Below are positions 42,748 through 49,111 of a DNA stretch of 49,111 nucleotides, one piece after another. Positions within the stretch are counted from its first letter, which is position 1. Every line of letters begins with the position of its first letter. Both the position numbers and the translations under genes were made by a program. The stretch lies in the UHGV virus genome UHGV-0204897, one strand, 5' to 3'. Below the pieces are notes generated by a model. The model ran no database searches and had not been told where the DNA came from. It saw only the letters and a list, made by a program, of their open reading frames with translations. Origin of the DNA: a virus.

Positions 42748-44100
42748 ATGAACGATAAATTACAGTTGGCGGTTAATCACGCGATTAACGACGCCAGGCT
42801 TGCTCGCGCCCGCATGGGGATGCTTAACCCTTCGATGGGGCTGGACGCCAAGCGTAATTCTGCGTGGTGCGAATATGGATTCCCTGAGCAGGTCACATAC
42901 GAAAACCTCTACGCCCTGTACCGGCGCGGTGGTATTGCTCACGGTGCCGTTGAGAAGCTCGTGGGCAAGTGCTGGCAGACTAACCCGGAAATCATTGAGG
43001 GTGACGATGCCGACGAGAGCGAAGACGAAACCGCCTGGGAGAAAAAGTCCAGACAGGTATTCACCAGCCGATTCTGGCGCTCGTTCGCAGACGCTGATCG
43101 CCGCCGTCTTGTCGGTCGTTATGCAGGCATCCTTCTGCACGTCAATGACTCCCTCGCCTGGGATCAGCCTGTAACGAAAGGCAAGATGCTCCAGAAGGTT
43201 ACTGTCGCATGGGCTGGCTCTCTGACAGTTGGCGACTGGGACACCGGCCTGAACTCGAAGACGTACGGACAGCCGAAGATGTGGCAGTACGCTGAACGGT
43301 TGCCGAATGGTTCAAGTCGCCGCGTCAACATCCACCCCGATCGCGTTTTCATCCTTGGTGATTACTCCGACGATGCCATTGGCTTCCTTGAGCCAGCTTA
43401 TAACGCCTTTGTGAGCCTGGAGAAGGTTGAGGGCGGTTCTGGTGAGTCATTCCTTAAGAATGCCGCGCGCCAGTTGAACATCAATTTCGATAAAGAAGCA
43501 AGGCTGGATGAAATAGCCAGGGCTCACGGCGTCGACTACAGCGAACTTAGCGAAATATATGACAAGGTGGCCCGAGAGATGAATATCGGGAATGACACGG
43601 TACTCATAACGCAGGGGGCTTCAGTTGCTCCGATTGTGGCCGCCGTGTCCGATCCTGCACCAACATATAACGTCAACCTGCAAACCGCTGCCGCCGGAGT
43701 TGATATCCCGACGCGCATTCTGGTTGGCAATCAGCAGGCCGAGCGCTCAAGCACTGAGGACCAGAAATACTTCAATACTCGCTGCCAGTCTCGCCGTGGC
43801 GACCTGTCATTCGAGATTGAGGACTTCTGCGACAAGCTGATCGAATTAAGCATCCTCGATCCGGTCATTCAGAAGACCGTTATCTGGGACGACCTCAACG
43901 CGCAAAGCGACAGTGAAAAACTGGATGCCGCTCAGAAGATGTCGCAAATCAACAGCGCTTCCATCGGCACGGGTGAGCAGGTTTTTACTGGTGAAGAAAT
44001 TCGCGTGGCCGCCGGGTATGAGGGTTCGCCCGAACCACTTCCAGAGGTAGATGATGACGAAGAAGAAATTGAAGTCACCGATACTTCCGGGAAACCTTAA
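42748..44100 (+). CDS. Portal protein
   Basis: 450 aa downstream of the terminase with an acidic C-terminus. Confidence 0.75.
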   Translation: MNDKLQLAVNHAINDARLARARMGMLNPSMGLDAKRNSAWCEYGFPEQVTYENLYALYRRGGIAHGAVEKLVGKCWQTNPEIIEGDDADESEDETAWEKKSRQVFTSRFWRSFADADRRRLVGRYAGILLHVNDSLAWDQPVTKGKMLQKVTVAWAGSLTVGDWDTGLNSKTYGQPKMWQYAERLPNGSSRRVNIHPDRVFILGDYSDDAIGFLEPAYNAFVSLEKVEGGSGESFLKNAARQLNINFDKEARLDEIARAHGVDYSELSEIYDKVAREMNIGNDTVLITQGASVAPIVAAVSDPAPTYNVNLQTAAAGVDIPTRILVGNQQAERSSTEDQKYFNTRCQSRRGDLSFEIEDFCDKLIELSILDPVIQKTVIWDDLNAQSDSEKLDAAQKMSQINSASIGTGEQVFTGEEIRVAAGYEGSPEPLPEVDDDEEEIEVTDTSGKP

Positions 44101-44983
44101 AGACCCGACGGGTGCCGACCGACTTGAGCGCGGGGCAATGAGCGAGTTCGCCAGGCGAATGAAGCGTATTGGTAAGGCGTACAAGGGCATTCTCGACCGC
44201 ATTCCTGCATCGCCATCAGTAAACCAGCGTTACACCTTCGACCTCGATTCCACCCAGCTATCAATGCTCCTCAGCAATGCCTCATTGCTGGTGGATGAGA
44301 TATTGGGTGCGGATAACGAGACGGAGTTCTGGTTCTGGACTGAATACGTTAACCCGGCGTATCAGCGCGGGACGGCGCAGGAGTTTGCCAATCTGGCGCA
44401 GCAATCAGCCGTGTACGCTGCCGGACAGGAAAGCGTATCGACAATCCTTCTCAGCGAACCGTACCGACGCAGGCTGATTCTTGTTCGCGCTCGTACCTTC
44501 GAGGAAATGAAGAACCTCAGCGCCGATGTGAAAGCGGATATGGCGCGGATACTGACCGATGGACTTGGGCGCGGACAAAATCCACTGGAGATAGCTAAGC
44601 GCCTTACTGAGCAGACGGGAATTGAGTCTCGCCGGGCTAATCGCATCGCCCGGACGGAGATCACCACCGCACTGCGCCGTGCGCGCCTGGACGAAGACGA
44701 CGAAGCCAGAGAGCGATATGGCATCCGTACAAAGCAGATGCACATATCAGCGCTCAGCCCGACGACCCGAAGCACCCATGCCGCGCGTCACGCCCATCTG
44801 TATACCGCAGAAGAGCAGCGGGAGTGGTGGGCTAAGGATGCAAACGGAGTGAACTGCAAATGCTCCACGATCGCGGTTATGGTCGATGAAAGCGGCAAGC
44901 CGTTAAGTGACACCATCATCGATAAAGCTCAGAAAACATTTAACACAATGAAAGCCCGTGGCTACCAATGGGCTAAGGGTTAA
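44051..44983 (+). CDS. Head morphogenesis protein (Mu F / SPP1 gp7-like)
   Basis: Position after the portal. The true start is possibly at about 44138 (MSEFARRMKR). Confidence 0.6.
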   Translation: MMTKKKLKSPILPGNLKDPTGADRLERGAMSEFARRMKRIGKAYKGILDRIPASPSVNQRYTFDLDSTQLSMLLSNASLLVDEILGADNETEFWFWTEYVNPAYQRGTAQEFANLAQQSAVYAAGQESVSTILLSEPYRRRLILVRARTFEEMKNLSADVKADMARILTDGLGRGQNPLEIAKRLTEQTGIESRRANRIARTEITTALRRARLDEDDEARERYGIRTKQMHISALSPTTRSTHAARHAHLYTAEEQREWWAKDANGVNCKCSTIAVMVDESGKPLSDTIIDKAQKTFNTMKARGYQWAKG

Positions 44984-44986
44984 CTC

Positions 44987-46252
44987 ATGTCAATGCAAGT
45001 TAATGTCACCTCGAAGGTGAACAGTAAGGCCATCCGGCGCGAACAGCACAACGGACGCGAGCACTGGGTTGTTCCTTCCTACACCCTTCCGGCGAACGTG
45101 GTCATGAACGGCGGCCTGTATCCGGCCAGTGAGATTGACCAGCACTACAGTGGCCTGGAGGGGACACTGGCACCGCTTGGACATCCACAGGTCAACGGTC
45201 AGTTTGTTTCTGCTTTTAGTCCTGAGGGGCTGAATGTGGGTTATGTAGGGGCATGGAACAAAAACGTCAAGAAGTCCGGCAACCGCGTCTACGTCGAGAA
45301 GTGGATCGACACAGAAGTGGCAAAGCGCACGGATGACGGAAAGCGCCTCCTTGAGCGCCTCGAAGCGCTGGAGAAAGGCGAAGATGTACCGCCAATTCAT
45401 ACCAGCGTTGCCGTATTCCTGGAAGAACTGGAAGCGAACGATGAGCAGAAAGCTCAGGGGGCTTCATGGGTTGCGAAAATTCACGCGATGGATCATGACG
45501 CCATCCTTCTGGATGAGGTTGGCGCAGCTACGCCAGAGCAGGGGGTAGGGATGATGGTAAATGCTGACCTTGCCACTCCACTGAAAGCTAATTCCGGCGC
45601 TCTGGTGGGGGAAACCTATCGCGAGCGTGAGCAGAGGCTGGAGAAGGCAGCGAAAGATAAATTCGCTCCCGGCGAGAAAGAATACGCATGGGTTGCTGAT
45701 TTCACTGACTCGCAAGCTGTAATCATCCGCAACGGCGGCAGCGCTGAGGTGTTTGGCTACAAGTCTGAGGGCGGCGTAATCACCTTCGACGATACCGGCA
45801 CCGCAGTAGCGCGCCAGGAGTCGTGGGTCGCAGTCGTCGCTAACAAATTCAAAGCTCTATTCACACCGCAGGAACAGCCTGCACCAAACCACAAAACGGA
45901 GGGCGACATGCCTTTAACCAAAGAAGAACTGGAACAAATCGGCAGCATGATCGGCCAGGCTGTTGCGACCAATACAGAAGCTGCTATTAAGCCTCTCGCG
46001 GAAAAGGTTGATGCGCTACATGCCAACCAGAAGCAACTCGCTGACACCCTGACCGCCAATTCACGCGCTGAAGAGAAAGCCAAGCGTGATGCGGTTGCTA
46101 AGGTCCATGGCGACATCGTGGCCAACGCGCTTTCTGGCGATGCCCTGGACGCAATGTTCAAGTCGCTGGGCGAAGCTGCTCCTCTGGGCACCAACAATGC
46201 TCAACAGCACAAAGAAACCGGCGCACCTGCCGCAGACGAACACTTCAAGTAA
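44987..46252 (+). CDS. Scaffolding or prohead assembly protein (candidate)
   Basis: 421 aa, Ala/Glu-rich with coiled-coil character, between the morphogenesis and capsid genes. Confidence 0.5.
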   Translation: MSMQVNVTSKVNSKAIRREQHNGREHWVVPSYTLPANVVMNGGLYPASEIDQHYSGLEGTLAPLGHPQVNGQFVSAFSPEGLNVGYVGAWNKNVKKSGNRVYVEKWIDTEVAKRTDDGKRLLERLEALEKGEDVPPIHTSVAVFLEELEANDEQKAQGASWVAKIHAMDHDAILLDEVGAATPEQGVGMMVNADLATPLKANSGALVGETYREREQRLEKAAKDKFAPGEKEYAWVADFTDSQAVIIRNGGSAEVFGYKSEGGVITFDDTGTAVARQESWVAVVANKFKALFTPQEQPAPNHKTEGDMPLTKEELEQIGSMIGQAVATNTEAAIKPLAEKVDALHANQKQLADTLTANSRAEEKAKRDAVAKVHGDIVANALSGDALDAMFKSLGEAAPLGTNNAQQHKETGAPAADEHFK

Positions 46253-46264
46253 GGAGCCGGAATA

Positions 46265-46714
46265 ATGCCACGTTATCGTCGCGTTAATATCGACGGTCAG
46301 TCTCTGTACAAGACCGAAACCCGCACCACGGCCGCCGCGTTGCTTCCTGGTACTGCGGCAACCATCAACTCATCCGATAAATTCGCTCAGGCCACCGCGC
46401 TAACCGGCCGCCTGTACATCATCGATGTCGGTTATCACCAGGGATTAACCATCACCGAATCAATCCCTGCCGGGGATTCGGCAGTAGGTAACTACGTCGA
46501 AGAAGGTCGTGAGCTGGCGCTGCGTTGCCTGCCTGGAGCGTATAAAAAAGACAGCCCGATCAAGCTGGGCACTGCCGGTCAGTTTACCCTGGCAACCGAT
46601 GACACTGATTCAGTGATCGGATACAGCCAGGATGAATACACCATCGCGGCCAGCACCACCGACTTCATCCGCGTGCGCATGCGCGTTGGCACTGTCGCCG
46701 CAGCTGGCGCGTAA
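46265..46714 (+). CDS. Head structural or decoration protein (candidate)
   Basis: 149 aa, immediately upstream of the major capsid gene. Confidence 0.4.
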   Translation: MPRYRRVNIDGQSLYKTETRTTAAALLPGTAATINSSDKFAQATALTGRLYIIDVGYHQGLTITESIPAGDSAVGNYVEEGRELALRCLPGAYKKDSPIKLGTAGQFTLATDDTDSVIGYSQDEYTIAASTTDFIRVRMRVGTVAAAGA

Positions 46715-46731
46715 CAAAAGGACAAACACAT

Positions 46732-47808
46732 ATGTACTTCTCTAAAGAGACGCTGGCGACAAACTCCCGCCTCGGCGGGCACTGGAGCGAGCTGTGGGCA
46801 AACCGCAACATGTGGAACCTGCAAAACGATTCCATCATCGCAGCTAACCGCGCAATCATGACGCCTGACATGCTTGCCTGTAACGCAGTTGGCGGTTTCT
46901 CCCGTGACTTCTGGGCTGAGATTGACAACCAAGTGCTGCAACTGCGGGATCAGGAAGTTGGCATGGAAATCGTGAACGACCTGATCGGCGTTCAGACGGT
47001 TCTGCCGGTCGGTAAAACCGCCAAGCTGTATAACGTGGTTGGCGACATCGCCGATGACGTGTCAGTTAGCATCGATGGTCAGGCGCCGTTCTCCTTCGAC
47101 CACACTGACTACGCGAGCGACGGCGACCCGATTCCGGTGTTCACTGCTGGTTACGGTGTTAACTGGCGTCATGCTGCTGGCCTGAACTCTGTGGGCATCG
47201 ATCTGGTGCTGGATTCGCAGATGGCGAAGATGCGCAAGTTCAACCAGAAGCGCGTTAACTACTACCTCAACGGCGATTCAAAAATTCAGGTTCAGTCCTA
47301 TCCTGCGCAGGGTATTAAGAACCACCGAAACACCAAGAAGATCAACCTCGGTTCCGGTGCTGGTGGCGCGAATATCGACCTTACTACTGCCGACATGACA
47401 GCGCTCTTTGCGTTCTTCGGTAAAGGCGCATTCGGTACCACCGCACGCACGAACAAAGTCGCCGCATACGATGTGATGTGGGTTTCCCCGGAAATCTGGG
47501 CAAACCTGGCGCAGCCGTACGTGGTGAATGGCGTTGTAAGCGGCACTGTATTGCAGGCGGTTCTGCCGTTCGCGCCGGTGAAAGAAATCCGCATGAGCTT
47601 CGCGCTGACCGGTAACGAGTTTATCGCGTACGTTCGTCGTCGTGACGTAATCTCCCCACTGGTGGGTATGGCTGTCGGGGTTGTTCCGCTGCCGCGTCCA
47701 CTGCCTAACGTTAACTACAACTTCCAGATCATGTCTGCTGAAGGTCTGCAAATTACCGCAGACGATCAGGGTCTGTCCGGCGTTGTCTACGGCGCTAACC
47801 TGGCGTAA
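46732..47808 (+). CDS. Major capsid protein
   Basis: 358 aa with an RBS. Position and size fit, and a strong terminator lies shortly downstream. Confidence 0.75.
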   Translation: MYFSKETLATNSRLGGHWSELWANRNMWNLQNDSIIAANRAIMTPDMLACNAVGGFSRDFWAEIDNQVLQLRDQEVGMEIVNDLIGVQTVLPVGKTAKLYNVVGDIADDVSVSIDGQAPFSFDHTDYASDGDPIPVFTAGYGVNWRHAAGLNSVGIDLVLDSQMAKMRKFNQKRVNYYLNGDSKIQVQSYPAQGIKNHRNTKKINLGSGAGGANIDLTTADMTALFAFFGKGAFGTTARTNKVAAYDVMWVSPEIWANLAQPYVVNGVVSGTVLQAVLPFAPVKEIRMSFALTGNEFIAYVRRRDVISPLVGMAVGVVPLPRPLPNVNYNFQIMSAEGLQITADDQGLSGVVYGANLA

Positions 47809-47817
47809 GGAAACAGC

Positions 47818-48111
47818 ATGGCTAAATACGAAGTTGTCCGCCCATGGTTCGGCGTGAAGGTTGGCGACGTGGTGGAGTTGAAAGAGCTTCACCCGGCGTT
47901 GAAGTCTAACGTCCGGCTGATGAAAGGCGAGGCTGGTGGTGAGCTGAAACCTGCGACACCTGATGCCGGTACCGGTGAGAAATCTCGCAAAGAGATTATT
48001 CAGGACCGCCTGACCCAGCTGGGTATTGAGTTCAAAGGCACCCTGGGCGCTGAAAGGCTCAGTGAGCTGTTGCCGGATGGCGAACTCGAAAAGCTTTTCC
48101 CTGCTGAATAA
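47818..48111 (+). CDS. Hypothetical head-associated protein
   Basis: ORF upstream of the terminator. Confidence 0.4.
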   Translation: MAKYEVVRPWFGVKVGDVVELKELHPALKSNVRLMKGEAGGELKPATPDAGTGEKSRKEIIQDRLTQLGIEFKGTLGAERLSELLPDGELEKLFPAE

Positions 48112-48112
48112 C

Positions 48113-48160
48113 AGCCGCCGCTAAGGCGGTTTTTATGCCCCGCTCCGGCGGGGTATTTCA
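48113..48160 (+). terminator. Tandem hairpin terminator after the capsid genes
   Basis: GCCGCC-gctaa-GGCGG followed by TTTTTAT, then GCCCCGC-tccg-GCGGGG followed by TATTT. Confidence 0.6.
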
Positions 48161-48171
48161 CGGAGTCGATA

Positions 48172-48573
48172 ATGGTAACTCTCGAACAGGCGAAGGAGTA
48201 TCTGGAGAGCCAGGGAATTACCATTCCCGATTTTGTTCTTCAGGCTCTCGTCGACCAGGCCAACAGCATACAGGAGTGTCTTGATGCGCATTATCCGGCA
48301 TCGACCGCGCTGCTGATTCAGCTCTATCTGCTGGCGCTTATGGGGCTGGCGCAAGGCGACAAGTATATCAGCTCGCAGACTGGCCCTAATGGTGCGTCAC
48401 GCTCATTCCGGTATCAGTCGTTTCCCGATCGATGGAAAGGGGCGCTGGCACTGTTGCGCGTCACCGATAAACACGGCTGCGCTAATGACCTCATCCCTCC
48501 AGACCCGACCAATACAGCTTTTGCTGGCATATGGATTGCCAGGGGTGGATGCATGTGTGGCGGGGGTCGGTGA
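48172..48573 (+). CDS. Head-tail connector or adaptor protein (candidate)
   Basis: Position only. Confidence 0.45.
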   Translation: MVTLEQAKEYLESQGITIPDFVLQALVDQANSIQECLDAHYPASTALLIQLYLLALMGLAQGDKYISSQTGPNGASRSFRYQSFPDRWKGALALLRVTDKHGCANDLIPPDPTNTAFAGIWIARGGCMCGGGR

Positions 48574-48752
48574 TGGGGTGGATATCGGTTAAGAAGCGGC
48601 TGCCGGAGCCTTTTGTCAAAGTCTGGGTGATGACCGACAGTGGTAAACGCGTTACCGGATACGTCAAAAGCAACGGTGACTGGTATCTGCTGTGCCGGAA
48701 GGTTGCGGCGGAGAATCCGGAGGTGATCCGGTGGGAGGATAACGGTGTCTGA
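48573..48752 (+). CDS. DUF551-like small protein
   Basis: WISVKKRLPEPFVKVWVMTDSGKRVTGYVKSNGDWYL. Confidence 0.4.
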   Translation: MGWISVKKRLPEPFVKVWVMTDSGKRVTGYVKSNGDWYLLCRKVAAENPEVIRWEDNGV

Positions 48753-49107
48753 AACAGCCGCATGGAGCTATACCAATGTTGCCACTGTTTACCCGCGCGT
48801 CTACGACGACTGGAACAGCACCTGGACAACCGGAACCCCCTACCTGATTGACTGCACCTGGACGGCAAACAATGAGGTTGCGGTAGATGCCAGCGGGAAA
48901 GAGTTCACCACGAACCTGATTTTCTTCACTGAACTGAAGCGCAATGGCATCGATGCGACCATGCCGAAGCGTGACTGGTATATCGCCAGAGGTGACACAA
49001 CGGCACAGGCCGATCCGCTGAAAGCTGGTGCAAACGTCATCAAGGCGGTGACGGAATGGGATATGTCACCATTCGGCGAGGAGCCAGACTACAAAATTCT
49101 GACGTGA
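48745..49107 (+). CDS. Head-tail joining protein (candidate)
   Basis: Position only. Its stop is followed by 'gagggg', which serves as the RBS for the ORF at position 4. Confidence 0.4.
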   Translation: MSETAAWSYTNVATVYPRVYDDWNSTWTTGTPYLIDCTWTANNEVAVDASGKEFTTNLIFFTELKRNGIDATMPKRDWYIARGDTTAQADPLKAGANVIKAVTEWDMSPFGEEPDYKILT

Positions 49108-49111
49108 GGGG

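Noticed and set aside
1-49111. CRISPR arrays, IS elements or transposase genes
   Set aside because: I found no regularly spaced direct repeats and no transposase-like ORFs. The only mobile-type genes are the homing endonucleases and the integrase.

Overview
The window reads as a complete, circularly permuted lambdoid siphophage genome of about 49.1 kb with a mosaic of lambda-, HK97- and P22-like modules. I doubt it is a prophage sitting in ordinary chromosomal context.

Gene order, all worked out by reading the sequence:
- 1-17.2 kb (+): tail genes, namely an Ig-domain major tail protein, tape measure, gpM, gpL, gpK, gpI and gpJ, then a side tail fibre with a Peptidase_S74 chaperone domain.
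- 17.3-18.3 kb: a LexA-box-controlled divergent pair, dinI-like on one side and a HumD/UmuD'-like gene on the other.
- 18.46-18.51 kb: a 3' fragment of a tRNA-Arg(UCU) flanked by integrase arm-type repeats, which I read as attP.
- 18.5-27 kb (-): integrase, excisionase and the early-left genes (RecT, Gp157, TraR/DksA, an HNH endonuclease), with several intrinsic terminators in the operon.
- 27.4-29.4 kb: the immunity region, with OL/pL, an AT-rich membrane-protein gene in the rex position, a LexA-like CI, and OR/pR/pRM.
- 29.4-37.5 kb (+): Cro, CII-like, an O-like initiator with iterons, a DnaB-type helicase, the nin region (NinB, NinE, NinG), Q and tR'.
- 37.7-39.5 kb: an HNH-AP2 endonuclease, then holin, lysozyme, Rz and Rz1.
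- 41-49.1 kb: small and large terminase, portal, head morphogenesis, scaffold, major capsid and head-tail connectors.

The last gene and its RBS run across the window end into the first ORF, which is why I call the window circularly contiguous.

The items I would look at first:
- An uncharacterised rex-locus membrane protein (27803-28666) with a small convergent partner, which is my best candidate for a new defence system.
- A P22 immI-like mnt/arc/ant antirepressor module sitting inside the tail gene cluster.
- A retropepsin-like aspartic protease moron between gpM and gpL.
- A secreted moron protein upstream of the tape measure.
- Paralogous repeat proteins plus a Cor-like lipoprotein downstream of gpJ.
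- A multi-terminator early-left operon with no recognisable N gene.
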